In this document: piece by piece, positions 22,863-34,348 of the stretch
Position numbering within the stretch: position 1 is the stretch's first letter
How the letters are laid out: every line of letters starts with the position of its first letter
Origin: Antechinus flavipes
Lineage: Eukaryota
Direction of reading: 5' to 3'
Assembly: GCF_016432865.1 (NCBI RefSeq)
Contig: NC_067398.1
Span: forward strand, 715,666,001 to 715,730,000
DNA: 64,000 nt
The notes under the pieces: model-generated
Told to the model about the DNA's origin: nothing
Databases searched by the model: none
What the model saw: the letters and a program-made list of their open reading frames with translations, nothing else
Made by a program: the position numbers and the translations under genes

Positions 22863-25800
22863 CCCATTCCAGGCTGCCCGTCTCCTTGGGGTGCTGAGTT
22901 CTCTGCTCTGTGTTCCCAGCTCCCCCCGAGTTCCAGAGCAGGGAGGGGAAGGGTCCGGCCCACGAGACCACTCGCTGTGACCCAGCCAAGGTCAGCGCAG
23001 GCGGCCCGGAGAGGGCCCTGGGCCACAAGGAGCCCCCAGCCTGAGCGTCCTCTGGCCCCCAACCGGGCTGCACTTACCAAGTGGCCCCGGGGGAAGCAGG
23101 CCCAGCCCCCTCCTGGACCCTTGGCTCCCCGACCCCCTCCGTTCTGGCCTCCCTCTGCCCCGCCCCCACCGGCTCTCCCCGCATGGCCGGGCACCTCGGG
23201 CACCTGTCGGGCTCCAGTGTCACTTACACACGCTGTCCCCAGACAGACGGTGGGGGAAGGGCAGCGGGCGGGGGGGGCCCTGCCTGACAACGTGGGGCGA
23301 CCTTCCCTGTCACCGCCGAGACATTGATCAGAGAGAGCTCATGTGGGAGCACGGGGGAGGGGCGGGGTCCCCACTGTGCCTCTGGCTGTGACCCCCGGGC
23401 CTCCATTGCCGGGGGCACAACAGAACTGGGGTCTCGCTTGGGCCGCAGGATCCGGGACAAACTAAGGGGAGCCCGGGCCAGAGTCCTGTGGGGGTCTGCC
23501 GCTCCTGGTGCCCCCCGGGCCTGCCCGGGCCCACAGGCTGCACACACACACACTCACATCCCCCCCATCACCGCAGTTACGGCCCCCCTTCTAGTAGAAA
23601 GGACCACCCCTCCCTCGGGCCTCCCCAGGCCCACCGCCCCCTGTCCTTGGCCCAGCCTGTGCCCGAGGCTCCCAGGGGATGGGCCTCAGTGTCCCTTTCT
23701 GCACAAAGGGGCCGGGGGTCTCCGGGGGGGGATGCTGCCCAGGGGGCCCCAGGAGGGAGGCAGGGCCGGGCCCCTCCCCAGGCCTCTGTCCCAGGCCCGC
23801 TTAATCATTACTTGGTTTCCCGGCACTTTGGGCCCCGACGGGGGGCCGCGAGTGCCGCAGGGGGCTGTGGGCAGGCACAGGGCCCCGGGCCCGCCCCCGC
23901 CCCCGATTGTTTTCTCTGCTCCCGTCATCTCTGACGGGAGGGTCTCCCTTGACTCCTCTCCTTGCCCAGGGAGGGGGAAGCCTTTTTAGCGGAGAAGATG
24001 GAGGACTGTCATTTGAGCACAGGGGAAACTGAGGCAGCGGCGGCCCCTGGTGGGAGCCTGGAGCAGAGACTGCAGGAAGTGCGGCTGCCCGCGGGTCCCT
24101 CGCGGCCTCCTTCCAGGGCCGGAAGCTCTCGGCAGGTGCCCCCGCCCCCCCCCGCCCTTCCCCCGCGTACATACCCTTCTCTCCCGAGCTCCTCGGGGCA
24201 GCTCCCCGGGGGGGCCTCCGCGTGCCGTCCAGGGCCCTGGGGGCTCCCCGCGTCTGTCCGGCGCCGCTCCGGGGCCACCGCATGGACACTCGGGCCCAGG
24301 CCCCGCTCAGCGGCCCTCAGGTGCGGGGCCAGGTCTCCTGCCCGCTCCCACCCTCCTCCCCGGCTCCCTCAGCCAATGACGAGCCCCAGCCCCCGGCCCC
24401 GGCCCCCCCCCCCCATTCCTGGGAGCTGGACGGGCCGGGCGGGAAGCACAGAGAAGCCATTCACCTCTGGGCCCGGCCCGGAGGCCCCCGAACAACGGGC
24501 CCGTTTGTCTCCCAGCTGCGGCGGCCCCAGCAACGGGGCCATTGTCCGGGCTGAACTCCGCCTGCTCCAGGCCCCCGGAATCTGGAGTCAGCCAGGATGA
24601 GCCCCCAAAGCATCCCTTGTGAGGGGGGCGGTTCTCGGGGCAGCTGCCAGGCCGGGCCGGGGCGGAGGGAGGCCGGGGACGGGCCCCTGCCCCTCACTCA
24701 CGGCGCCCTCCCTGGCCCCCCGGGGGGAGCCCTCAGCTGAGCCCCAGGCCCCTGGGCCATTCCGTGCCCTCGGAACAAGCTCCCCCCCGACTTCCGCCCA
24801 GCCCGCCTCATCTGGGGGTCCGGGGCCAGGATTCGGCCCTTGGTCGCCCCAGGACTGGGGGGGGGCTTCCGGGGCCTTACCGCCCCCCCCCGCCAGCCCG
24901 GATCCCAGCCTGCCCGGTTCCCCCCTTTGTTTCCTTCCTTCCCCAGAGACGGGAAGACCCTTGAGCAGCAAGCCCCCCTCCCCCAGACTCCACCCCCCAG
25001 CCCCAGCCACTCGTCTGTAGAATGGGGCCATTGTGCGGCCAGCAAGCCGCTGCCTGGGACCCAACTGCTGGGGCCGCGGGTCTCCGGGGAGGGAGGGCCG
25101 AGCCCGGCACTGAGGGCTCCAGATGTCCCCAGCTGCCCCTCAGACAGCGAGGGCCCGGCCGGGCGGCCGAGCGGGGGCAGCGCCACGGTCCGGCCCAGGC
25201 ACTTCAAAGAGTGCGGGGCCGTGGGGGGCCGCCCCCAGCATAGCTGAGCCACTCTGGAATGGGGAAAATTCGGGGTCAGCGCTGCCCCAGAGGGGGGGCC
25301 TGCGGGCGCCCGGGCGCGGGGCGGGGCACAGGCTCAGCCGAGGAAGGGGGCGCCGGTCAGCATGACAGGCTCCATTCATCCTGCCTCCGGCCTGGGAGGG
25401 GACTGGCCCAAGCCCTGGTGGTCAAGGGGGCCAGAGGCAGAGGGGGAGGCTCAGCCCCCTGGGCCACGGGCGCGGCAGCGGCAGCAGCCATGGGACCAAA
25501 GGGCCCGGACCACAGGAAGGCCCAGGGCGTCCCTGGGATGGAGGGGCCGTGGCTGTCCCCCCGATCCCTGCCACCCGGGGCCCCCTCCCCGTCTCCCTCC
25601 TGGGGGCTCCTTCCGAGCAGGGCCTTTGCACACAGGAAGCACCTCATTCAGCCCTCGCCCAAGTCCTCCTCACCCCCCGCTCTGTCTCACGGCCCACGCG
25701 CACAGCAGGAAGGGCCTCCCTCGGGGCGCTCAGTCTGACTGCCGCTTTACACGCACCCACTTTGCAGATGAAGCAACTGAGGCAGAAAGCCCGACTCCCC

Positions 25801-26814
25801 AGGATCCCAGAGCCAGCGAGTGCCCGAGACAGGCCGGGCACCGAGAGCGGCTCCAGGCTCACCTGTCCGGAGCCGTGCAGAGGGCGAACGGGGCGGAATC
25901 GGAAGCCGGTCCTCGCACTCGCGCCAGCCCGTTCCGCCCACTGAGCTCTCCTCGGGAAGTCCCTCTCCGACGTGGGACGGACCACAGGGCCCCGAGTCCC
26001 AGGCGCCGGGAGCCCAGATCGCGGCCCCTCCTCGCGGCTCGTCCTCTCCCTGCCAGGCCCTCGGGCCCCGGTCAGTCCCGTATCAGACGCCTGTTTGGGG
26101 AGGTCAGTGAGCCCACAAAGCTCGGCTCCGGGCAGTTCCCAGGGAACAAAAAGGGAAGGTCCGGGACAGAGCCTCAGGATCCAGCCCCTGACACAGACCT
26201 AGCCCAGGAAAGTCGGGGAGGTGTCTGACCTTCTGAGAGAAGGGGGTCATGGAGAGGTCAGAGGACAAAAGCCCATTGGATCCATCTGGCCATGAAGGGG
26301 TCGTGGGTGACAGGGGGGAGCGGTCGGAGGTTCAGAAGGGAAGGGGGGCCCAGTTACGTGGAAGGCCCATCCTGGCTCGGGCCACCAGGCAAAGGAGCGA
26401 GACAAGCCCAGCCTGAGCTTCCCTAACCTCTGTGGTCTCAGTTTCCCCATCTGTTAAAGGGGACGCCATCTCCCGTGGGGCCTCCCTTTTGGAGGTGTCT
26501 CAGAAACCAGGGATTCGGTCCTTCAGCAGCCCCGGGGCACGGCTTCCTCTCCCGGTCAGAGGCTTCCACAGAGCTCCCCTTCCCGCTGCCCGCGTGCCCC
26601 TTCTTTCTTATTCAATGCCCCGAAGAACAGGGAGTCGAGGCAAGCTCCCATAAGCCTCCTTGGTGCCTCCTTGGTACCTCCCTGGAAGCAGCCGAGCGGA
26701 CCCGCCGACCACGCGGTTTCGATGTTTGCTGACAGCCCCAGGACCAAGCGCTGACCGCTGCACCTTCCGGCTGCTTTAAATGCCGCTCCCAAAATTTTGT
26801 GCGTCAGCGTTAAT

Positions 26815-27025
26815 TTTTTCAGTTCTGTCCAACTCTGTGACTCCATTTGGAGTTTCCTTGGCAGATACAGCAGGGTCTGAGTCTCCTTCTCCAGCCCATT
26901 TTACAGATGAGGAAACTGAGGCAGCAACTTGCCCAGGATCACACAGCTAGTGTCCGAGGCTGAATTTGAGTACAGATCTTGTCTCCAGGCCCAGTCCTCC
27001 ACCCACTGCACCACCCAGCTGCCCC
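26815..27025 (-). mobile_element. MAR1-type CORE-SINE (RTE/BovB-like tail)
   Basis: Minus strand: gggcagctgggtggtgcagtgg...CORE...aaatgggctggagaagga...gccaaggaaactccaaatggagtcacagagttggaca. Similar copies at ~6490-6680, ~15040-15180 and ~60480-60660. Confidence 0.7.
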
Positions 27026-27269
27026 CTTTATCACTGAAACCCCCCTTAGAAGGTGAGCTCCCTGAGGGTAGGACCTGCTTTTGTCTCTGCGTCTGTACCA
27101 GGGCCTTGCTGAGGCTGGTCCCTGAGAGGGTCAATCCCAACCCCCACTTCCCCTCACAGGCTCTCCCTGGGCCATCACACCATGCTTTTCAACCAATTCC
27201 AGTGGCAGAAGGCAGCCGTTGTCACAGCATTCTCCCTCAATGAGCTTGGCCCCAGCTCACCTCTCCTCC

Positions 27270-27970
27270 CCAGGCCTGGGAGCTCCAATGTTCCCCAGGA
27301 GCCCCAACGTTCCCTGGGAGCCGGGGCCTGCGGTACCTCATTCCCTGGGAGCCGGGGCCTGTACTACCTCAGCCCCGGCCTGGGAGCCCCAATGTTCCCT
27401 GGGAGCCGGGGCCTGCACTGCCTCGGCCCCCCGGCCTGGGAGCTCCCACGTTTGCCGGGAGCCCCAACGTTCCCTGGGAGCCGGGGCCTGTAGTACCTCA
27501 TTCCCTGGGAGCCGGGGCCTGCACTACCTCGGCCCCCGGCCTGGGAGCTCCAACGTTCCCTGGGAGCTGGGGCCTACACTACCTCAGCCCCGGCCTGGGA
27601 GCTCCAACGTTCGCCGGGAGCCCCAACGTTCCCTGGGAGCCAGGGCCTGCAGTACCTCGGCCCCCCACCTGGGAGCTCCAACGTTCGCCGGGAGCTCCAA
27701 CGTTCCCTGGGAGCCGGGGCCTGCACTACCTCAGCCCCGGCCTGGGAGCTCCAACGTTCCCTGGGAGCCGGGGCCTGCGGTACCTCATTCCCTGGGAGCC
27801 GGGGCCTGTACTACCTCAGCCCCGGCCTGGGAGCCCCAACATTCCCTGGGAGCCGGGGCCTGCACTACCTCAGCCCCGGCCTGGGAGCCCCAACGTTCCC
27901 TGGGAGTCGGGGCCTGCGGTACCTCATTCCCTGGGAGCTCCAACGCTTCCTGGGAGCCGGGGCCTGCAGT
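27270..27970. repeat. Compound GC-rich minisatellite (ccaacgttccctgggagccggggcctgcactacctcagccccggcctgggag, ~53 bp, with variants)
   Basis: Direct reading. Confidence 0.95.
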
Positions 27971-30376
27971 ACCTTGGCCCTGGCCCGCCATCTCCTCTCC
28001 GCCTCACACCTCGGAGCTCCCACACTGGGGGCCTTCGGCCTCGGCTGCTCCTGCCGGCCCTGCAGTCCCAGTGGCCTCAGACAGGTCCTTGAGTCATCAG
28101 CACTCCGCCTGATCCGCATGATGGAGAAGGCAAGGAAGAAGCGGCGTCGCCCCCACTGTGGCCCAGGCCCTCTGGCCGACCCTCCCCGAGCGGTCTCCCC
28201 TGGAGGTGATTAGGGCCCGTCCGGCCTTCCCGTCCACAGCCCCCCAGCCCTCGGCACAGAGGAGCTGTCTTGTTGTCCTCTCGCCCTGGGGACCTCTCCC
28301 CCAGCTCCCCGCCCCTGGTCTCCTGGGTCCTGCCTGGGTTTTTCTCACAGCCGACCCCAGGAATGGCCACCGGGGACCCTCCCACCCACCCCAGCCCCGC
28401 CAGTCCCTTCTTTGCCCTCGCCCCGACCTTGGCTCCCTACACGCCTCAGTTCCTTTTCCAGGTCATTACCCTGGACGACTTCACCCACTTCCCCTTTCCC
28501 AACTCCCCCCTGGAGCTCACGTGACCTGTGCCCTTGCCTCCCTCCCCCAATCTCAGCCCTTGCCAAGCTGTGGCGCCGGATCCCTGCCCCCGTGCGCCTG
28601 CCAGAGCAGACATCTGTGCCGAGGGGCTCACCCCGCCCCCCCCCCCCCCCCATGCAGGAGACCAGAGCGACATATCCAGCCCCTCGCCTCCTGACTAAGC
28701 CGGGCCCCAAACGGGGCTTGTTCGCTTCAGTCATTTCCGAGGCCCCCTGGCAGATCCTGGAGCGCTGGGCCGGTTCTCTCTCCAGCCCATTTTATAGATA
28801 AGGACACTGAGGCAGACAGGACAAAGGGACCTGCCCAGGCTCACCTAACTAGAAGGTGTCTTGAGCTTGGATTTGAACTCAGGGCTCCGGGCCGGCACTC
28901 TCTGCACCGTGGCGGCCCCGATCTTCACCACCCCCGAAGCCCCCATGTTCCAGAATCGCCCCTTTCTGTCCAGGGACCCATCCTCCTTTCATCTCCCAGT
29001 TCGCACCCTGACGATGACCTCCCTCTGACTCCACGCTCCCCCGTCCCCCGATATCTCCTCCGTGGACGCCAGACCCTGCCGTCCCCACCTCCGCACCGGG
29101 CCCCTCCCATTCTCGAGCAGCCGCCATTATGGTTTAGGCACCCGGACCCCCACAGGAGCCTCCAAATGGACGTCCCCGCCCCAGGTCTCCGCAGGTCCGT
29201 CCCTCCATCCACAGGCTCTGGGGCCCTTTCAGGCTTCTCCTCTCCTTGGCACTCGTTGCCCTTTGCAGCTAATCATCGACAACCTCCCCCCCTTGTCTGG
29301 CCAGAGGGATGCCACCTCTCCCCTTCCCACAGCCAGGCCCCCCCCCCAGTGGTCACCCCCACCCCCACCCCGGCCTTTCCGAGGTTGCCCGGGCGCCCTC
29401 TGCCCCGACCACCGCGGTATTTATTCGGCAGACTCCGGGGGGCTCCGGCAGGAGCGGCCGAGGCCAGGGGCCCCCAGTGCGGGACCTGGCAGAGGGTGGG
29501 CCTGCACGCCGGCCCCCGCGGGCTCCCTCCAGGGGCCGGGGAATCTGATAGCGGGGAACAAAAGGAGTCACCCGAGAAGGCCGGAGCCGAGGGGGACCGA
29601 TACCCTCTGCAGGAAGGTTTCCCAGGAGGTGCCGCCTGAGCCTGGGGAGGAGGGGGCCCTGGGGGCCCAGCAGCCTGGGAGGGATCCACCTCCCCGCCCC
29701 CTCCCCGGGCTGCCCCCGGGTCAGGCCTTTCTCCCTTTCCTCCTCACTGGGCCCTGCTTCACGGGGCCCAGTCCCAGGCGCCATCTGAGCTCTCAGACCC
29801 GCCCTCAGAGCCTCAGTTTCCCTGTGCGGACGGCCCTGGGCACCACGTGACCCCGAGGAGTGGCCCGTGGGTTTCAGCGCAGAAGGGCAAGGGCTGACCT
29901 CGTCCAGCCGCCTCGTGGCTCCCCCTCCTCCCCAAGCTCAGCCGGCCCCATCACACTTCTCACACACTCGCATCGCTCCCAGAGGCCACCAGGGGGCAGC
30001 CCAGAGCAGAGCCCAAAGCCTAGAGCCAGGAAGCCGAGTTCCAATTGTGCCTCGGACCTGGGAGCCCCCAGCCAAGTTACTTCACCTGTGTGTGCCTCAG
30101 TTTCCTCATCTGTTAAATGGGGTAATGACAGCACCTCCCTCCAGGGGCAACTGCGAGACTCAAATGAGGGAATGTTTGTGTCTGGCACACAGTAGGAGTT
30201 TTAGAACAATCAGGCTATCATGGCTGTGAGCTCCGTGAGCCCAGGGATGGAACCTTCCGGGGCAGCATCTCGGAGGCCAGCCCCACGTCAGCCTGCAGCA
30301 GAGCCGGGCCCGACGCCCCCCGCCAGGGGCAGAGCCGGGAGCTTCCAGGACAGAGTCCGCCACATCAGTCCGCACG

Positions 30377-30382
30377 TTTATT
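30377..30382 (-). terminator. PES1: Likely PES1 polyadenylation signal (AATAAA)
   Basis: tttatt on + strand, ~340 nt past the stop; first canonical hexamer I see in an otherwise GC-rich 3' UTR. Confidence 0.7.
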
Positions 30383-30718
30383 TGGAAACGCTTCCTCAGA
30401 GATACAGTAAGCGCCAGTGAGTCCCGGCTGCATCCAGAGCCGAGGACAGGGAGCCCCAACATGGAGGGTTCCACCCGTCCTCGGGGCCTTGTCGGTCGTC
30501 CTGCCGACACCCTCTGGATCCTCCCCCACTGAACCCACTCTGGGAACAGCGCTGGGGTGAAGGCCGGGGAGCCCCCAGCCCCACAGGGCCCGGCCCTGGG
30601 GAGGATCCGAGCCGGGAAGCCCCGGGGACCGGCCAAGTCAAGGGGGAACTTCCATCCAAGCGTCCGGCCGGGCCTGGGCCAGGCCCAGCAGCAGCGTGGG
30701 GGGCCCAGCAGGCCAGGC

Positions 30719-30805
30719 TCAGGCCCGACGCGCCTTCTTCTGCTGCTTCTTCTCGGCCTTCAGGGCCTCGTCGTGCGCCTTCCTCTTCTGGGCCAGTTTG
30801 TTGGC
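30719..30805 (-). CDS. PES1: PES1 exon 15, coding part (ANKLAQKRKAHDEALKAEKKQQKKARRA*)
   Basis: cgcag| acceptor; TGA at 30721-30719; total CDS 1776 nt = 591 aa + stop. Confidence 0.96.
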   Translation of the reverse strand, partial: ANKLAQKRKAHDEALKAEKKQQKKARRA

Positions 30806-31085
30806 CTGCGAGAGGGAGAAAGTGCTTTAAACGAGGGGGAGCAGGGTGCGGCTCGGTCCTCCCTCCCCAAAGGTTCTGGGCCGAGCGAGAGGGTCGGGAA
30901 GTGTGTCCAGCGCCCCTTCTTGTCCCGGGAGCACAAACTGCTGCACAGAAGGTCCTCCAGAGCCAGGCTCTGTCTAGAACGGGGGTGTCAGGGCTGGGGG
31001 GGGGAGGGGCTGAGAATGGGGCTGTCTGAGGCTGCTCCAGCTGAGGTGGTCACAAGGGGGGGAGGGGGACGCAGGCCCGGCTCAC

Positions 31086-31241
31086 CTCGCGCACTTTCCG
31101 CCTCTTGCCGAACATGATCTTGTCGTACAGATACTTCTCCCTCTTCCTCATGGTCATGATGGCCAGCCTCTTCGCCTCGTTCTCCTCCTCCTGGGGCAGC
31201 TGACGCCTCTTGTCCAGGGTCCCCATGGTCACCTGTGGTTT
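31086..31241 (-). CDS. PES1: PES1 exon 14 (KPQVTMGTLDKRRQLPQEEENEAKRLAIMTMRKREKYLYDKIMFGKRRKVRE)
   Basis: 156 nt; ccccag| and |gtgagc. Confidence 0.96.
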
Positions 31242-31921
31242 CTGGGGAGACCAGCGCATCTCGTGACCTTGGCCCCAGAGGACTATGGGGGGGCAGCCCC
31301 CATGGGGAAAGGAGTAAGGGAACAACCCTCCTCCCTCCCCCCCACCCTCCCCGGCTTCTGCCTGGGCTGTGTAGGCCTTTGGCCTTGCCTGGGCCCAGGG
31401 AGGGAGGTGCAATTTCGACCCATTTTACAGGTGAGGAAATTGAGGCAGGAAGGCCTTGCCAGAGTCCCATAGCTGGTCCTCAGGGCCAAGATGCCCAATC
31501 CTGTGAGAGAAGCAGCCTGGGCCCCCTTGGGAGTGACATCCATGCCCCGCCCCCTCCCCCAGATGACCCCAGACAGGCACTCTCGTGGCCGTTTTCAGGC
31601 CCAGCCTGAGGCCCTGCCCCAAGTTACAAGGGAACAAATGGCGGAGGAGGCTCTAAAGCCCGACCCCCGACCCAGGTCTGACCCCCGACCCGGGCCTGGC
31701 CTCTTTCAGCTCCAAGAGGCTGAAAAGATAGGGATGGCCACTTCCCCCTCCCCCTCCAGGGGCCCCAACTGCTGCCCATGTGTCACTGGGACGGACCAGG
31801 AGAAGAGGGGCTCGGGCCGCCCGCCCATGGTCAGGAGTAGGGTCATCCCAGGGCCCCCGCCTTCAAGATGCTTCGGTCCCATTGCGTCCCCAGCCCTGGA
31901 GAAGCGGGGCGGCCCCCCTAC

Positions 31922-32097
31922 CTTTGTCTGCGTCCTCTGCGCTTCCATCACCTTCAGCTTAGCCTCCTCTTCTTTTTCTGAACCTTCCTCTTCCTCCTCT
32001 TCCTCCTGATCATCACCTTCTCCCTCACCTTCTTCCTCCTCCTCCTCACCTTCCTCCTCCTCCTCCTCCTCCTCCGACTCTGACTCAGTCGCCTTTC
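31922..32097 (-). CDS. PES1: PES1 exon 13 (acidic Glu-rich tract ...[21 protein letters not shown])
   Basis: 176 nt; tgtag| and |gtaggg; phase 1 in, phase 0 out. Confidence 0.94.
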
Positions 32098-32211
32098 CTA
32101 CAGGAAACACCCGGGGACATGTGGCAACAGGCCGAGGCCTCCTACCCACAATCCTCCCACCCTCGTCAGAAGACCCCCAGCCCCCTCTCCGCCAGCGTGG
32201 GCTGGGGTTAC

Positions 32212-32396
32212 CTGGGGTCTCGCCCCGCTGCAGGGCCAGCAGCTTCAGCTTCTCAGGGGGCACGTAGTCTCCTTCCTTCTCGATCACGAAGGGCGAGAGG
32301 TGGGGGGGCAGCAGCACCCCGGGGAAGTAGTCCTCCACGGGGAGCCGGAGCCGGGCATTGACCGAGTCAAACACCCACTGGGGCTGGACGTAGCAC
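32212..32396 (-). CDS. PES1: PES1 exon 12 ([16 protein letters not shown]...LALQRGETP)
   Basis: 185 nt; ccag| and |gtaacc. Confidence 0.97.
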
Positions 32397-32495
32397 CTGG
32401 AGGGGTTGGGGAGACGGGCTTGAGGCCGGTGCCGGGGAAGCGAGAGGACGGGAGGGGACGGGAGGGGATGGGAGGGGCCGAGGGGCGGCACTCAC

Positions 32496-32621
32496 CGGCC
32501 GATGACGGGGGTGGGCGGCAGGGGCCGGTCCACGATCTGATGGGTGATGGAAGGCTCCTTCTCCTCGAACGTGGCTCCGATGCACAAAGACTTGTCCCAT
32601 GACACTTCCCCCCCGAAACTC
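32496..32621 (-). CDS. PES1: PES1 exon 11 ([16 protein letters not shown]...VIGR), BRCT
   Basis: 126 nt; tgcag| and |gtgagt. Confidence 0.96.
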
Positions 32622-33018
32622 CTGCACGGGGAAGGGGAGGGGGAGGGGTGGGTGAGGCGGGCACCTGGCGGGAAGGGCAGGAGGGCCAAGGGGTGGGAGG
32701 GGGCGCGGACAACAGCCCGGGGCAGGGCCATGACGAGGCAGCTGCTAGCGCGGTGCCGTCAGGCCGAGGCTGTGCTCGAACATCGCCGCCACTGCTTCCT
32801 TAACCCGGGCGGGGACCGGCCCCTGTCTGCACCCTGCGCCCAGCCCCCACCGCACAGGGACTTCAGAGAAGAGCTTCGCCTTCTGGTGCCGCCTCCCTCC
32901 CCCACATGCATTACCTCACACGTAGCAATACATGCACACAAACCGCTCACACGCGCCTGCACGCTCAGGCACGTCTTCCACTCACACCCTCGCGCACACA
33001 GACACGCACGGCGCTGAC

Positions 33019-33149
33019 CTGATGATGAAGGCCAGGGCCTCCCGGGGGACCTCCCTGTTCAGGAAGAACTTCAGCCCCTCGAAGAGCTTCTTGTGCTTCT
33101 CCTGGGCCTCCCGCTCCTTCCTCAGCCCCTCCTCTTGCTCAGCGTTCTC
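33019..33149 (-). CDS. PES1: PES1 exon 10 ([14 protein letters not shown]...[23 protein letters not shown]), start of BRCT domain
   Basis: 131 nt; catag| and |gtcagc. Confidence 0.96.
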
Positions 33150-33424
33150 CTATGGGCACAGCAAAGAGGGGCCCCTGAGGTCCAGCTGTTCCCAGGGTCT
33201 CCCAGGCCCGCTCTCGCTGTCTCTGGACATGGGAGGGACGAGCAGCATGGCCCCTTCCCTTCTCTGGGCCACTGGCTTTTGGTGGGAAGATTCAGGGTCA
33301 AAGCGTCATATAATAGTGGTGACCGTAGGCCGACACTGAGCCTCAGTCCTCTCACTGAGAGACTCCCCTCCCGTTCTCCCTGGGGATGGGGCGTGACCCC
33401 ACGTAGCCCAGAGGCCCCTCTCAC

Positions 33425-33514
33425 CCCATCAACAGGGAACTCGTCCATCTGCTCCTCCTCCTCCGTGACGGGCACCACCACGCGAGCCAGGCTGGCGCTC
33501 AAGGCCGACAGTTT
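33425..33514 (-). CDS. PES1: PES1 exon 9 (KLSALSASLARVVVPVTEEEEQMDEFPVDG)
   Basis: 90 nt; ctccag| and |gtgag. Confidence 0.96.
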
Positions 33515-33639
33515 CTGGAGAAAAGGGACCAAAGGAGAGGCCTGGAGGCGAGGCCAGGCCAGCGAGCGGGCCGCTCTCCCCTCATCCCAGCAGCCTCCGC
33601 TCGGGGAGTCCTGAGTGGCCGCTGGCCCCCAAGCCTTAC

Positions 33640-33717
33640 CTCCAGGGAGCTCTCAGAGTCCATGGCGTAGGCCTCCTCGTCCTGATCTTTGGAGTCTTGG
33701 TCTTTGGGCCTTTCGAG
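33640..33717 (-). CDS. PES1: PES1 exon 8 ([26 protein letters not shown]), divergent linker
   Basis: 78 nt; cttctag| and |gtaagg; phase 0/0; C-terminal half resembles human YALDSESCME. Confidence 0.92.
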
Positions 33718-33729
33718 CTAGAAGAGGCT

Positions 33730-34150
33730 GAGAGTGAGAATGAGGATGCCCATGCTCTGTGCACCAAGGCAGGAGGGCCCTATGACTGGGCACCATAGAA
33801 TGAGGACGCCCGTGCGCTTTGCACCAGGGCAGGCGGGCCCTCTGACAATGGGCACCATAGGCCGTGCGTGAGAACGAGGATGCCCGTGCTCTGTGCATCA
33901 AGGCAGGCGGGCCCTCTGACAATGGGCACCACAGGCTGAGCATAATAATGAGGATGCCCATGCTCTGTGCATCAAGGCAGGCAGGCCCTCTGACTGGGCA
34001 CCATAGAATGAGGACGCCCGTGCGCTTTGCACCAAGGCAGGCGGGCCCTTTGACAATGGGCACCATAGGCCGTGCGTGAGAACGAGGATGCCCGTGCTCT
34101 GTGCACCAGGGCAGGCAGGCTCTCTGACGCTGGGCACCACAGGCCCCTGG
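33730..34150. repeat. Higher-order tandem repeat in PES1 intron 7 (three ~60-75 bp monomers duplicated; period 208 bp)
   Basis: aatgaggatgcccatgc at 33739 and 33947. Confidence 0.9.
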
Positions 34151-34231
34151 CCCAGCAAGAGAACCAGGAGGACACGGGCCCATGACCCAGACGCAGACAC
34201 TTCTGTGGGCCCCTACGAGGGGACACATTAC

Positions 34232-34348
34232 CTTGGGAGGATACTGAAGGTTGAGCGTCTGGTAGAGGCGGAAGTTGACGAAGCCCAGGAGGGTGGTGTA
34301 GAACTCGGTGAAGGTGGCCATGACTCGGTAGTCCACGTCGGTTGGATG
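34232..34348 (-). CDS. PES1: PES1 exon 7 ([17 protein letters not shown]...QYPPK)
   Basis: 117 nt; cccag| and |gtaatg. Confidence 0.97.

Noticed and set aside
28440-29450. Distal GAL3ST1 first exon/TATA-like element (minus-strand donor gtaatg near 28458; AATAAATA near 29420)
   Set aside because: The position is plausible by analogy with human, but the motifs are too weak to call a feature from sequence alone.
21161-30636. Dozens of overlapping 60-300 aa ORFs in the GC-rich PES1-GAL3ST1 interval
   Set aside because: Expected from stop-codon scarcity at high GC; all six frames are open in places, and there are no recognisable domains or consistent exon structure.
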